Shown here: positions 23,348-37,002 of the stretch, piece by piece
Numbering within the stretch: the first letter of the stretch is position 1
Layout of the letters: every line of letters begins with the position of its first letter
NCBI GenBank assembly: GCA_010015805.1
Contig: ML978125.1
Span: 1-64,000, forward strand
Direction: 5' to 3'
Source: Rhizodiscina lignyota
Lineage: Eukaryota
Length of the DNA: 64,000 nt
Notes under the pieces: generated by a model
Told to the model about the DNA's origin: nothing
The model's database searches: none
What the model saw: the letters and a program-made list of their open reading frames with translations, nothing else
Program-made: the position numbers and the translations under genes

Positions 23348-26300
23348 CTACTTTAGCAAAAACCCTGCGCTCTCCGTCACAGCGGTCCAGAGTTTTGTCC
23401 GGAGCTTCTCTTCACTGGAGTAACTATATAATTGTATCATATTAAAGCATGTTCTCGCTACCGGCAAGTGCTCCGAGTCTTCTTCTCCAACGCACTGTAG
23501 ACGGATGACAAGACTAGTCTCGCCCAGCGCTGGCACGCGGTCACTGCCCGTTATGAAGCCCAACAGCTTCCTCTGTTCCGCGCGCGCCAGGCTGCGGAAG
23601 AACTGCCAGAACCACACCAGCACGTCCACTTGCTGCGCAGGCTCTTCCACATGCCACCCCTCGTACACCGCCACCGCCATCAGCGTGTCCACGTCGAGCG
23701 GGTTATCCGACCCGCGTACCAACAGCTCCAGTTCCTCGGGCTGGAAGAGGGACAGGGCGTTACCGCCGCAGACGGCGAAGAAGCCCCGCTTGAAGGGATC
23801 AAATTGCCGGGCGACCGAGTCGTGGATGCAGAAGTTGACGAGGAGGCGCACAAAGTCGGTGCGGTTGGCATTGGTGACGAGAGTGTCTGGCATGTTGTGC
23901 ACGAGCGGGAAGGACTCTTTCTTGCCGTAGCGATCAATCTCCACAACAAAGGTACGGCAGAAAACGGACTCCACGTCACCGTCAAAGTCGAGGAGTTGCT
24001 GCAGGCCGCGTGCGAGGGCGGGCCGGAATTGTGCGAGGTCGTCTAGGGTAAAGTCGTACGCGTCGTGCGGAATGGGAGAGGAGGAAGATGCCGACAGCAG
24101 AAGCTTTTTGAAGAGGAAGGGCGGAAAGGGGATATCCAAGATTGTGGAGTTGTAGATCGCGAGGCCAACAAGTGTGCCGAGGAGGAAGAATTGTTCTGTG
24201 TCTTCGAGAGTGTTGGGATTGAAATAGCAGTAGTTGGAGTCTTCATCGTACTCCACAAGGCCTGAAATGGCGTAATTAGCATTGCATGCGTGAGATTTAA
24301 GTGGAAAAGGCGATAAACGTACCATGATTGGGGTCCAACAACTCTCTCATGAGCAGAATAAAGAACTCCTTCCGCAAGCCACCTGCATCCACGCCATCCT
24401 CTCCCTCAAAATGCACACGTAGTCCCTTTTTCAACTCGTTTTGTGATTGTGTGGCGCCGGTGACCGCTCTAATCTCGTTCAGAGTATCTGCGGCAAGGCA
24501 ATCGCGGCGAACGTGAATGTGAAGATTCGACTGAACAGCATGATTGGTAGTGAACTGCTGAAACCAAGCTTTGCGTGCTTCGTCCGTCTGCTGCCGATTT
24601 GCGTCAAAGGCCAAGATGCGGATCTTTGCCGACATGGAGAGAAGAAAGGGAAAGGAGCAGAAGGTGAACTTTTGTTTGCGTGATTCCCAAGCTCGAAAGT
24701 CCTCGATAAGCGCGGCTTCTCCAAACGAGTCCAAGATCAAGTTGTACCAGGAGCTGGTTGGCTGGCGGAGAGGAGGTGGCCTGCAGAGGTTGGCTGCCCA
24801 GAAGATGCCGATGCAGATAGCTGCGCTGACACTGCCGGTATCACTAGAGAAGTCGGCCTGCTTGGGAAGCTCCACATGCTCAGGGAGAAGCGCTTGATCA
24901 CCCTCCAGGGCTCTCGTACTGGGCATTTGGGAAACCATGGACAGACGCCCATGATCGCCAGCATAGCCACCACTCTCAGGACTCCTAGAAACACCGTCAA
25001 GAGCGCCGGCCTCGAGTACACTCCTGCATCGTGAGAGGCGATAATTAAGGTAGCGTTCACACAGCGAGAGACTCTCCGCATGCTGCTCGAGAGGTAGATT
25101 GGCAAACCAGGTGTGCAGGTAGTTGCGCGCTGCTTCTGGCGCGTGGGCCAGCAAGCCGAGCGTTCGCTTGACGATGTTCGAGTGTTTGAACGCCTGCGTG
25201 TGCGTACCGTCTTGCTTGTCGTGGAGTAGAGGGTTGGCTATGATGAGCAGGAGAAATCGCAGATGTTGTGGTTCATTCAGAGGACGGCCGGGTCTCTTGA
25301 GTAGGTTCTCTGTAATTTTGAGAAGGAGGTGATGAACGTGTGTGCAAGCAGCTGCGAGCCCTGAGGGAAGATTGACGTCCGTGGACACGCCAAGGTCAGT
25401 GATATGCTTTGATATTATTGACAAAGCTCCAGCTCCAGCTCCACCAGCTTCGTCTTCATGGTCTCCCTGTCCGTTGGCATCTTTGGCGCCATGTTGAGTC
25501 TGCCATCGATCTACCACGTTTAGAACGGCATCATACCACTGCTGCAAAGCCTCCCAGTCAATATGCGGAGACCGACGACTGACAAATTTCGCGGAGCGGC
25601 TTCTCCTACGCGTCGTCAGGGCTTTTTGCTGTTGCTGCGCTTTCGATTCATCTCCACCGCCCATCCACAACGCCGCATTCTCAGCGACATCGCCAACGCG
25701 AAGAGTTTTACCGTTCACCTCCGAAAGACCAAACGACAGTCCTTGATCATGCACCTGGCGAGGTACAAGCACAGCAACAGAACTCTCACTGCGCGTACGG
25801 CCTGCGGGGATGGGTCGAGCGGTAGAGAACTGCGTATTCAGGCACTCAAGGTTGCCAAAGCTGGACCTGAGGTACACCTCCAGAGGCAGGAACGAGGTTC
25901 GTAGAAGGTCCTGGTTGCGATCCTTCTGGGACTTCATCTCCTCCACATGGCGATCAGATGGGCGGTCTCCAAGTTCATCCATATGCAGAGCAGGTGAGGA
26001 ATTTCGAGATGCAGCATGAACCTCAGGAGAAGGTGGTGGCGGTGGCCGCCGCGAGGGCGGTTGAGGTACAAGAGAAGGAATTGAACGGTCATTACGCCTT
26101 GGAGACGCTGTCAAGGATACAGGTCTGTCGTGATTCTTCTGAGATTCCGAATTGCGCGAGTGTCGTAAAGGTTCTTTAACAGACCGCTTCTCCCGCGATA
26201 TAGCTTCAGGTGAAAGCCGAGCTGGAACCAACATCTCTTTCTCCGCACCAGTTCTCTCCATTGTTGCGGCAGTCTCATTTTCTCTTGCAGTCGTCTCATC

Positions 26301-27110
26301 ATTTTGCGATATCAGAGCGTGGACATATCTGTCCAAGCATTGGTCTGCAATCTCTCGTGCATTCAATGCTTTCAGGGCAAAATACACTGCTCAAAATTAG
26401 CATTTATCGCTTTCTTTCGTGTCGCTGTACTTACGTTTGCCTGGAATTTTGTGTGCTGGATGGGCCTTCTCAAGATTTTGGAACGCAGCGGAAGTGTCGT
26501 CGTGTCGCCATATCCAACGATGCTGACTGTCATCTTCCTGCTCACTCCTTGGCTTCAGGTCATTGACGCACTGGCAGACGGTACATCGGTAGTGCGACAA
26601 GGACTTTGGCCATCGGACCTTGGAACCACAACTCATGCAATTGCCAGTTTCGAATTGAGGGTCTTGTGCTTTCCCCGAAGGTCTTCGGTGAGACTTTGCA
26701 GCGGAAGCCGATTCTTTGCTGGGCATGCCGAAGGGATCCAGACCGGATGATGCTGAATCGGACTCTGACTCTGGATCGTCAACAAGCTTCCGTGGTCTGG
26801 AGTGGAACAGTGGGACGATGTGGCTCAGGGATCGGGAATGAGGGCGATGTGCAGTAGGTCTTCGTTCAGCTGAGCCAACACCAGGCGCTCTGGGACTCCG
26901 AGGTGCATGTGCACTGCTAATTTCAACTAGTGGGATTGGGGGAGGTCGTCTGGGGACGTCTGGGCGGCTGTAAACAGAATGTCTCTGTGCGTGTGACGTA
27001 GACTCTTGCGGTCCGGAGTGGCTCAGCGCCTCATTTTGCCTCGTGGAGTGCTCGGTCTCTGGATGAACGCTCCGGGATCCGGAAAACAAACGCGACAAAG
27101 ATGGCATCAT
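23348..27110 (-). CDS. HUL4: HECT E3 ubiquitin ligase, Hul4-like (3 exons)
   Basis: N-terminal CMSC...CTVC knuckle, LLKRPGRPL, FEGEDGVDAGGLRKEFF, FITGSDRVP and catalytic LPVARTCFN. Introns at about 26387-26434 and 24262-24322. Confidence 0.85.
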
Positions 27111-29050
27111 GTCGTCGAAATATTGCCTCAATTTTGTATTATTGCGTCGGCTTGCGGCAAGCTGAGAATGTACATGCCTGACGTTGTCAGTTTCAGTTCG
27201 ATGACAGGTGCATGCTCGAGGTCAGGAACAAGTTCGAACCAACCTTGCTGAGCAAAACAAGTGCCGTGCAAAAATCCGTATCCTTCAGACTCGAGACCAA
27301 ATGTACTGTGGAAGTTCTAGTCCACGGTGTATGCTCCACTAATCTATACCACTGTTACGGAGGTTGTGCGAATGTACTAGAACAATGCTGACAACGCCGT
27401 CGCATCGCTTTGCTTATAGGTCATCAAGCATACCCTGACTGCTTGTTCTTGACCACCTCGAAGTTGATTGATGATGTTGACGGTCAGTGGTCTCGAAGGT
27501 CGGCGGTCGACTAGTATTGGGAGATGCACGCGACAGCAACTTCTCCAATTGACATGCAATGAATGTTGATTCACCCGATGTTGTCAAGTGATGAGGTGAA
27601 AATCTCAACTGCTTCGGATATCTCGTGATCGACTGAAGGTGCTCGTGGATGAGGAGTGATGAAAGCAGCGACGATGATGTCGTGGCGGGCGTAGCTACAT
27701 AACAGCTTCGCGAAGCTCTAGTGGCTGCTTAGATAGCTTCTGGTGAAGAGGAGGTAAAGGAGGTTGTTGTCGAAGGGAGAGGGTGGAGAGCGAAGGTGAT
27801 GTAGTTGTCGTCGCAGAGAAGTAGTCGCGATGCCGGAGAGGGAGAGATACGCGCGCGCGCTTTCCCAATTGCCGTCACGGAGGGAAGTAGTGAAGGAAAG
27901 GCGACGAAGCAACACCACGCCAGTGCGCGCTCATCTGTACTTCGATCCCCAAGTCGCGCGGGTCGGGGCATGGATGCTGGCCCAGCTCGAGTCTCGTATA
28001 ATATTTTGGTGCATGATCTCAGGGGTCCTTTACATAGGTGCCGTCTCCCGAGCACTTGGCGGCGTCTGGGGTGGTTCTCCGCGCTTGCGTGGGTACATCT
28101 CCGGACGGGGACCCCTTCAAAGGGGAACATCAACTCCAACGTCGTGTTTGTATCAACAGAACTTCCTGTCGAACTGTTACAGTACGGAAAACTCCATCAC
28201 GCCTCTTGAGATTGCCGCGCCTCATCTTGTCTCATCTTACGCCGGGCTATATCAGGAAGCAGACAACGCCACCCATCAACCCGTCGACTCCGTGCTATCC
28301 ATAGTTATGGACCTCGTATCCAACGTCCCTTCCTCTTGACTGGGCTCTGTTCGTTCACAAAGCATTCGTCATGGCAACAGAAGTCTCGATTGATAAGGCT
28401 GAAAATAGCTGTCCAGGAGAGCGGAAGCTGGAAGTGGGTGTCGCGCTCAACTTCTCAGCATCGAACGAGATAACTCCATATCAAGCAGCGAAAGCGCCGA
28501 TCTGACAACCCACTGTAGCGGAGCCGCTCATTGACAAGGCTCCACTAGCTCAGGCGGAGGTAAGGTGTGCTACTATGCAGACGAGCGCCCATTCTGCGTC
28601 GACATCGGCATCTCGACACTTCTGGCCACGCACTCGCGTCAATACGAGGTCGATCAAGCCCACTGCGCCTGTTGAAATATTGCATGTAAAGATTTCTTTT
28701 TATACACTTTCAAATTTGAGTTCGCAGTGATTTTCCGCGAGGCTGGCCAATGGCGAGAAATCTTCCGGACAGCCTTGCTGTAGAAACATGCAAGACGGCC
28801 GCATCGATCTGGGGCGCAGCAGCGTTGCTGTCATACTCGCGAAATATCATCAAGAACAGCTGATAACATGTGAAAGAGTAGTTAGGTACATCTTTCCTTC
28901 AATCTCTCTTTGAATGAATGGCTTTGGAGTCTCTCATCTCCTCCCTTCTTGATTGGTTTCAACCCGAACAGAGAAGACGCATATGGCACCTCGGACTGCG
29001 GACTCTTTCTGACTTGATTGACATTGTTTCTCGCTGAATCAACATTCGCC

Positions 29051-30995
29051 ATGTCGCACCTACTGAAGCCGTCATCGGTCTACGAATTACTCCCGTTAGA
29101 CAGGTTGTCGGGTCGTTCATCCACTCTCTTGACTGATCGAACAAGTACCTTAACCAAAAACAGCGCAACCGAGTCTCACAAGTTGAGAAACCGCGGACAT
29201 GTTGCCCTTGTTCAGACCAACTTCGCCCTTTTAATCCTTTTTACCTGCGTCCCGTTCCTAGTATTTGGCGGACTCGTCTCCCAACACCATGGCCATGCCA
29301 CAAGCGAGCATCCGAAGCTCAAATCAGGGCTGATCCAAGCCTCTAAAATAGTGCGGACCCCCATCCTGTCTATTGAAGGCTGCTAACAGGTAACAGGGCC
29401 CTTCGCTTTTCGCTCCGCTATTCGCTGCCGTTGCTGGTCGAACCATCCTCAAATTTGTCCAATGGAGAGCAGAAAGAGGGACAAACGTTGGCTCACTAGA
29501 TCAGCTGCTTGGATGTACAACGATGTTTGGGGCGATCTCGACTCAGGTGGAGCTGAAGGCGCTCAACTGGATTGCGGTGTGTCTTGTTGCTCTGTGGGCA
29601 CTCTCTCCTCTCGGCGGCCAGGCCTCGACGCGAATACTTGACTTTGGATTAGCAAACAGCACGATTCCGAGCACTATAGACTACCTCGACATGAACAATA
29701 CCTTTGATTACTATACCGGGGGTGACAAAGCTGGGCCAGTTGCCAACGCTGGGGCTGTGTTTATCTCCGCCCTTTCCAGTTCATTGGATGTTAAGAATTC
29801 GGGTCAAGATGTGTGGGGCAATGTCAAGATCCCAATGCTGGAGAGGTTACCCCTTCCTTCAAAACCAGATCCTGAAGGATGGGTTAATGTTCCCGCGAAT
29901 GGTTCTGTCTATTCATCACTAGCTGGCATTCCGGTGTCTTTGAGAGACAGGACTTCTAACATTAGCTTTGTCATATACACATCATACTGGGTTCTCGACT
30001 GCCCAGAATTGCGGCCCGTAGCCGAAAACGAAAATACCACTTCTGTATTCGCAAATGCAGAGCCTTTTCCCAACAGCCCATGGTGGCTGGCATCACCCAA
30101 CACAACCGACAGCAGTCGATACACTTTCTCGAAGAGATCAGTTGCCGATAGGTATATTGCCTATCAGAGCTGGGATTCCAGCGACAATGAGAGTTACGCT
30201 ACCTGCACCTTACAAACTTCCTTTGTGGAGGCGTCAGTATGGTGCACCGATGGAGACTGTCGTGTTACCACAATGCGCCCGTCAAAACTTCTACATCCGC
30301 CACCGAGCTGGTCGACGTTAGACTATCAATCCAGGACATTCGACGACTTTGCATACGGCTTGACAGGCTCGATCCTCGGCCACGAGGCCCACCCAACTCC
30401 CATCCAAGGCTACTTTCTCGACCCCGGCCAACCATTCAGTAACAACGCATTGGAAGACAAGAAAGGCCTCTATCAGCTCTCCAAAGAGTCCTTTGAGACG
30501 TCTCTTGCGCAGATCATGAACACATACTGGATCGTCGCAATCGCACCCACCGCCGTACCTGCCGGCCGCATCCAGCCCGATCTCAACAGCACCCTCCACC
30601 AAATGGGCGCCTCTTCCCTTCCAGCGACAAACGTCACCATCGTCACGACATACGAGATTTTCGTTTGCAACAATACATGGCTCGCCATCCTCCTCCTCGT
30701 CGACCTAATACTCTTCATCTTCGGCACCATCGGCCTCGTTCTTGCAATGCTCAACAAGGGACCCAGCCTGGCGCTGAACATGAGTTACATGGTGCGAGAT
30801 AGCCCGTACGTGCTTACCGAGCCGTCGAGCAGTTTATGCAGTGGGGCGGAGAGGAGCAGGGCGCTGAAGAATGTCAGGGTCAGGTATGGTGATGTGCTAC
30901 CGGAGGAGAAATTGGGGAAGGTGGGGATCGGTGAGTGTGATGAGCAGATGGGGCTGTGGGTTGGGGTTTTTGATGGGAGGAGGGAGTATGCGTAG
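29051..30995 (+). CDS. Conserved fungal membrane glycoprotein of unknown function (2 exons)
   Basis: Exon 1 has a TM segment. Intron at about 29351-29396. Then GPSLF..LFAAVAGR...WRAERG, LWALSPLGGQAS.R, D.WGNVKIP.LE, YSSLAGIPV and a C-terminal TM segment. Confidence 0.8.
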
Positions 30996-31404
30996 ATATG
31001 ATAATAATATCTAGACATTGAAATGGATGCAGAAGTTCGAGATCACTCTTTCCTTTTTGCGAAACAAACACCAATGACCTTTCCGATTATTGCCAGTACT
31101 ATTACATGTCTCCATAGTGCTAGGTAAGTCTGTTGACTGTATGTCCCTTTCAAGCAATGAATCAAGGGATCAGAACAATCTCTAACTGGGCATCCCTCAG
31201 CTAGAGCCAGGCTGGGGTCACGTGGGAGCCTCTGAGCTGGAGGTGGCGGGGGACGGGATTCGCCACGTGACGTCGTGTTTCTTTCGCGAATAATCTCGCC
31301 GATTTCTTGGAAAACCTCATGGTCGCAGCGCTTCGAATGGCAGTCAAGATACCAGTTCCACCATTGAGGAGAAACTGAGATCGCCCCAACCTATTCCTGT
31401 CAAG

Positions 31405-31773
31405 ATGGCCGAAGCACCATCTGACTCCCAAAGAGCCCGACCCGTTGTGGCAGAGTCTTCTCATATCCAATCCTCGAATGACTGCATGCCATGTAGAGTA
31501 ATGGGTCCGTTCCCTTTTCTCCTTTCCCCTCTCATCTGTCATGAGCCACTAGTTGGATTTGATAATGACAAATCTTATACTTCAGGTGCGACCGCATTCG
31601 CCGGCCTCGGAACATACACGTACTTTTCCGGCCACAGCCAACTTCGCGAGATGCAAGCGGAATACTTGGCGAAGGGGAAAGGATCTGTGCGATGGCTCGG
31701 AGCGCGAAGAGCTGGGATAACGGGCATGGCCGTTACACTTGTTGGGTTGGGGCTGTATAGATTGGTGAATTGA
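31405..31773 (+). CDS. DMAC1/DUF4536-like small membrane protein
   Basis: DCMPCRVMG followed by two Gly-rich TM helices ending GLGLYRLVN. In-frame 81-nt intron at 31505-31585. Confidence 0.75.
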   Translation: MAEAPSDSQRARPVVAESSHIQSSNDCMPCRVMGPFPFLLSPLICHEPLVGFDNDKSYTSGATAFAGLGTYTYFSGHSQLREMQAEYLAKGKGSVRWLGARRAGITGMAVTLVGLGLYRLVN

Positions 31774-32203
31774 GGGAAGTTAGAAGTGGTGATACATGTG
31801 GAATGCGGAGATACCGAAAGAGATGCTATGGCCATCTACCTGATGTATAAATGGCCCGGAGTAGTGAGTTGGAAAGGGAAGAATCCCGCACACTCCGGAC
31901 CTCCACACAGGCCGACAACGGGACGTCCTGGGAGCTTGACGTACCAGGACATTACGCTTGGCGAGCGGTCAAGACAGTGAGGCCTGAGATGGACTACCGC
32001 TGTCTTGCCATCTCATCTTGTGCTAACAGGCGGGAGTCTCTTCTGTACTTCATGGACGGGTTGCACAAGAGAAGATCTACTTCGTGGTACTCATTGAACT
32101 ACACTCCGCTCGTGGGAATACTCTCACGAGAGTCCATGACTATCAAATCTATGCATCTCAAACGAAATTCATTCAATGAAGCAGATCATTGATCTAATAT
32201 AAA

Positions 32204-33458
32204 TCATCCCGCAACATTCTCAGCCACCTTTTCCCCATCCTTCCCGACAACCCCCTCTGCCCTTTCCGCCTGCGCCGTACTCGTCTGGAACAGCTTCCCA
32301 ATCGCTTCAACCGTCGTATTCCCACCACTTAACACAACACCCATGTTCCAACCCCCTTCTCCACCCTCCCTCTCCGCAATTCTCCTAAAATCCTCATCAA
32401 ACATGCAAACCGCCAACCCTACGACTGCACTCGGCTCAACGAACACCTTCATCCGCTCCAACACCAGCTTCATGGCCGCCTTGATATGCTCCTCTGTCAC
32501 ACTGTAGACGCCCTTGACCTTGCTCTTGTCGCTGATCACAATCCAGGGGATCTCTCCGACAGGCGTGCGCAGGCCGTCAGCGATGGTGAGCGTCTTGACG
32601 GAGGGGATTCGCTTTCCAGCTGCGAGGCCAAGCTGCCCGTCGTTGGCGCCTTCGAAGGAGGGCTCAGCGCCGAAGACGCGGATACCTGTCCCTTGGAGGG
32701 CGGTTGCAACGCCGGAGAGCATGCCGCCTCCGCCTAGTGGTGCGATTACGGCATCTAATGTCTGTTTCTGGTCTCTGTTCACGCTTATATGTGACATTGC
32801 CAGCAAGTCTTTTGCTTGTTGCTCCAGTTCTAACGCCATCGTACCCTGTCCCAATATGATATCTGGATGGTCATATGGAGGTACTAGTATCGCGCCTGTC
32901 TTCTTAATCACGTCTACCACTACGGCTTCGCGCTCTTCTGAAGTCGACCCGCTAAATAGTACATTTGCGCCATAACCCTTTGTGCCCGCAATCTTCGAAG
33001 GTGTACTTATGGTTGGCATGACGATATGTGCTGTGATGCCTTTCGTTCGAGCGGCGAGTGCGAGTGCTTGTGCATGGTTCCCTGGTATTGATATCAGCCT
33101 CCGCTCTTATCTAAAACCCATTTCACGCCAATGACGTACCAGAACTATGTGTCACCACGCCTCTTGCCAGCTCTTCATCGCTCAACTGTGTCAAGGCATG
33201 AAATGCTCCTCGCGCCTTGAATGCGCCAATCTTCTGGTAATTCTCACATTTGAAGAAGAACCTGAATTTCGGTTTTGCAGGCGTCTGTCCTTCCCATTGT
33301 GTGCCCTTGAGAGCTTCAGGTGATCGTGGCGTTGATGCGACCGAATCGATGGTGGTGCATGTGAGGACGGGAGTGAGGTGGACGTATTGCTTGATCAATT
33401 CGTGCGCTTTTTGTACGTTTTCGCGTGTGAGAGGTTTGGATCTGGATGATTCGGCCAT
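32204..33458 (-). CDS. PLP-dependent serine racemase / threonine dehydratase-like enzyme (2 exons)
   Basis: FKCENYQKIGAFKARGA (PLP lysine), HSSG|NHAQA across an intron, GQGT, PLGGGGM, TIADGL, VEPSA and SGGN. Confidence 0.9.
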
Positions 33459-34117
33459 TGCTTAGAAGCGATCTTCAGATACGGGAAGATATACGAAGTT
33501 GACTTACCATGACTGTCATAGAGTAATTTGGAGTTGCTATGTAGTGCGATATCGGTGTTAGTCAAGCCGAGCTCTCGCAAGCTCCTGGAAGCGCTGCTTA
33601 GCTCCGCGAATAAAGAAGAAGTCCAACAACTCTACGAAATCCAACGAAGGCAGCATCTTGGAGCTATTTGAGATGATACAACACGTCTACTTGACCTTGT
33701 CATCTGTACTCTAGACAATACACGTCCCTTCCAAGCGAGAAGAGGCGGTTGGCGGCAGTCCAATTCTTAATGAGATGGCATCTTGAAGCAACCCAGAAGA
33801 GCTCAATTCGACGCAATAACAGTCCCGAGGAACTTGACACTGTATAAGACGTGAGTGTGGAAATGGGAATGCTGTTGTTCGTTTCGAAGGATTGATGTCA
33901 TCGGCGATTGGAGGCACGTGCGTAACAACGCGGCGCGTCTTCAAAGCTCTCCATGGAACATATCGAAACCACCCACCATCGATCCATCTCATCCCACAAC
34001 AACAAATTCTTTTCTGTGCATCAACTTATCAACCTGCACTCTCAAGTCTATTGTTCTGATTACGAATTCTTGAAATGATATAACACCTGCGCCATTCCTC
34101 CCCGCATCCTCACCAAG

Positions 34118-34133
34118 ACGCGTCGCGGCGCGT
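34118..34133. promoter_or_regulatory. MCB (MluI cell-cycle box) elements upstream of CDC45
   Basis: ACGCGT at 34118-34123 and GCGCGT at 34128-34133, about 130 bp before the ATG of a DNA replication gene. Confidence 0.6.
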
Positions 34134-34257
34134 CAACTCACCTGTATAACCGCGAATTCACGATAGCACGGCTTCATCTCATCGCATACTCATGCGATCC
34201 ATAATCGAGGCATTATTTGACACGTGACGATAGCCTCCCATCGTCGGTACAGTCAAG

Positions 34258-37002
34258 ATGTTCCTCCCACGCGAGCTCCTCTCGCACCTCTACCTCCACC
34301 TCCTCCGCACATCGCACGCCCTCTCACCGCCCGTTCTCATCCTCGTCGCGCTCGAACCCGATGCACTCTGCGCGTCCCAAATACTCACTGCCCTCCTGAA
34401 GCGCGACTTCATACCACACAAGATACAACCCGTCTCCGGCATTCAGGACCTACTACGTGCCGGACGAGAGCTCGTGCAGCCTATGCGCACCACGGATGGC
34501 GGCAGTGGAGGCGTCGTTGTGTGCCTTGGCCTGGGCGCGCTATATGACCTGGAAGAGACGCTGTTCCTCGAGGAAGTGGCTGTGGGGAGAGACGATGATG
34601 GCTACGACATCAGAGAGCCGAGATTCAATGGCTATGGAGGCGTGGAGTGCTGGGTTGTTGACGCGAGACGCCCGTGGCATTTGGATAATATGTTCAGCAA
34701 CTTTGAGAGAGCGGAAGAGGTTGATGAGACGGCGGTTGCACGCGTTCCTGGTGTCAAGGATGGGAAGGTGACACAGGCGTATAAGCCGGGGCGAGGAGGG
34801 ATTATTTGCTTTGATGATGGTGATATTGAGGAGGATCTCAAAGCTGAAAGAGACGCGTATCATGGTGCGCTCGAAGCTCGACGCGCGTTTCCTGACTTTA
34901 TGAACTCGGAAGAGATGGGGGCGTGGATCAGACGTCGAAGGCTGGAAGATGGTGGAGACGAGAATGAGGGCGATGCAGATGATGAAGATGTCGAGGACAG
35001 GATTCCAGACTCTGCTCAAGACACATCAAGAAAGAGAAAGTCTTTGTCGGATGCCGAAGATGAGTCTGAGGATGAATCTGACAGACCTGCTCAACGGCGG
35101 AGAAGCAACTCTGTAAGTGTGATACACTTTCTTCATTGTCATGCAATTAATTTTATGCAGTCCAGTAGCATACCTTCGCCACGAGACCGTTCACGCGGAC
35201 GCAACAAAGGCGACGGGCTCGGTGCCTCATCAGACGAGTCGCGCTCTCCAACACCTGGAAGCCGATCCTCATCATTGCCGCGAAGACGTTCCAAGAAGGA
35301 GGAGAGCTTGGAAGAGAAGATCTGGAAGAAATGGGCAAGCGACGAACTCGTTCTGGACAGATACAACAACTTGGGCTCGTCATTTGCAGAGCCCATCTCG
35401 TCCATGATGTATTCTCTCGCTTCTGACCTGGGCAAGGAGGACAACGACCTCCTTTGGCAATGCATCGTCGGAGTCTCAAGCATGGAGCTCGCTGGCCAGA
35501 CACACGCAGGTCTCGGTCTCTCTCCACTATCCACGGCTGGTGGTTCATCAGGCTGGAACGGCGTACGCGGTGAACGTATCCGCTCGGTCTTACGCGAAGA
35601 GGTCCGGCGCCTCAATCCATTACCCGTAACCGACATCTACGGCCTCGATCCAAACAACGGTATTATACAAACTCACGCACGCTCTCCCACAGATACCGCG
35701 ATCCGTCTTTCTCCAGAACCGCGCTTCCTGCTCATCCGACATTGGTCGCTCTACGACAGCATGCTCCACTCGCCATACCTCTCCGCCAAACTACACATAT
35801 GGTCCGACAATGGCCGCCGGCGTCTGCACAAGCTACTTGCCAAAATGGGCGTCAGCTTGGCGCAGTGTCGACAGAGTTATACGCACATGGACATGGATCT
35901 GAAGCGTAGTCTGCGCGAGAAACTGCTCAAGTTTGCACCGCAATATGGTCTTGAAGGTCTTGTCCCGCCCGTCGGACGTGGCGGGAGAGAGGCAAAAGAG
36001 GGCTGGGGCTTTGTGCGGTGTTGGGGCTGGAAGGCGTGTCTCAGTGCTGTAGATGTTGGCGTTGTTGTGGGGTCGATTCTGGATGTTGGTGTTGCGGAGA
36101 ATAAGAACGGCGCAAGTGGTGCAGGGATGAGAGCGCAAGACAACTCGCAGCTCACGTACTCACAACGTGTACAAGGCGTTGTCAATGTCGACCAGGATAT
36201 TATAGCTGCGCTGGATCGAGAGCGCGCCGACGACGCGAATGCCAGATTCTGGACCGCGTACGATGCCTTGTCTTCAGCGTCTCAGCTCGCTGGCCACATT
36301 GCAACGGCTCAGTATCTACATCGCGCTATCCTGAGAACGGGCACATCGCTCATCGAGAAGAAACAGATTCGACATCTCAAGGCATTTCGCATGGCTGTTG
36401 TCAAAGAAGGCCCAGATGTTCAGCTCTTCACTCATGCTGGGGCTCTTATCAAGCTGGCGCTGTGGGTAGCTGAGGCAGTCATCGAAATGGAGGGAGGTCG
36501 AAGCAGCAGCGTCAAAAAAGGATCTGAGCTGGTCATGGCTGCGCTGGATGAGGCTCGAGGATCATACATTGTCGTTGGACTTGGAGGCGGTGGTGCCGTC
36601 GCTCTGGACAGAGAGCGGCAGAGGAGAAGGGCTGAGAGGAAGAAGAAGAGAGAGGAAGCGAAAGAGACAAAGAAGAAGGAGCGTGAGAAGGAAAAGGAGA
36701 TGCGGAGGGAGCAGAGACTTGCGAATGGCGATAGCGATTACGAGTCTGATGAGGAAAACGAGGAAGATGAGGAGGATAGCGACGACAGCGATGATGAGAG
36801 CGATGTTGATGAGGAAGAGGAGAAAAGGAAGAAGGATAGAGGCTACGGCAGGAATCGATTCGGCAAGGCCTTCAAGGATGTCATGGACGACATGGGCTTG
36901 GCAGTCAGGATAGACAGCTTTGAGCATTGTGTTGCTCAGGTTAGGAAGGAGGAATTGAGCTCGTTTCTTGAGGAGCTGAGTATGAGGGCTGTTGTTGGCT
37001 AG
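34258..37002 (+). CDS. CDC45: DNA replication initiation factor Cdc45
   Basis: LVALEPDALCA..IL..LLKRDFIPHKIQPV, DARRPWHLDN, FLLIRHWSLYDSMLHS, LLAKMGVSL.QC.Q.Y.HMD and RNRFG.AF. Probable in-frame intron at about 35113-35160. Confidence 0.95.
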   Translation: MFLPRELLSHLYLHLLRTSHALSPPVLILVALEPDALCASQILTALLKRDFIPHKIQPVSGIQDLLRAGRELVQPMRTTDGGSGGVVVCLGLGALYDLEETLFLEEVAVGRDDDGYDIREPRFNGYGGVECWVVDARRPWHLDNMFSNFERAEEVDETAVARVPGVKDGKVTQAYKPGRGGIICFDDGDIEEDLKAERDAYHGALEARRAFPDFMNSEEMGAWIRRRRLEDGGDENEGDADDEDVEDRIPDSAQDTSRKRKSLSDAEDESEDESDRPAQRRRSNSVSVIHFLHCHAINFMQSSSIPSPRDRSRGRNKGDGLGASSDESRSPTPGSRSSSLPRRRSKKEESLEEKIWKKWASDELVLDRYNNLGSSFAEPISSMMYSLASDLGKEDNDLLWQCIVGVSSMELAGQTHAGLGLSPLSTAGGSSGWNGVRGERIRSVLREEVRRLNPLPVTDIYGLDPNNGIIQTHARSPTDTAIRLSPEPRFLLIRHWSLYDSMLHSPYLSAKLHIWSDNGRRRLHKLLAKMGVSLAQCRQSYTHMDMDLKRSLREKLLKFAPQYGLEGLVPPVGRGGREAKEGWGFVRCWGWKACLSAVDVGVVVGSILDVGVAENKNGASGAGMRAQDNSQLTYSQRVQGVVNVDQDIIAALDRERADDANARFWTAYDALSSASQLAGHIATAQYLHRAILRTGTSLIEKKQIRHLKAFRMAVVKEGPDVQLFTHAGALIKLALWVAEAVIEMEGGRSSSVKKGSELVMAALDEARGSYIVVGLGGGGAVALDRERQRRRAERKKKREEAKETKKKEREKEKEMRREQRLANGDSDYESDEENEEDEEDSDDSDDESDVDEEEEKRKKDRGYGRNRFGKAFKDVMDDMGLAVRIDSFEHCVAQVRKEELSSFLEELSMRAVVG

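Noticed and set aside
27718..28339. Overlapping ORFs upstream of HUL4
   Set aside because: No recognisable motifs, and several frames are open on both strands. Likely promoter or UTR sequence.
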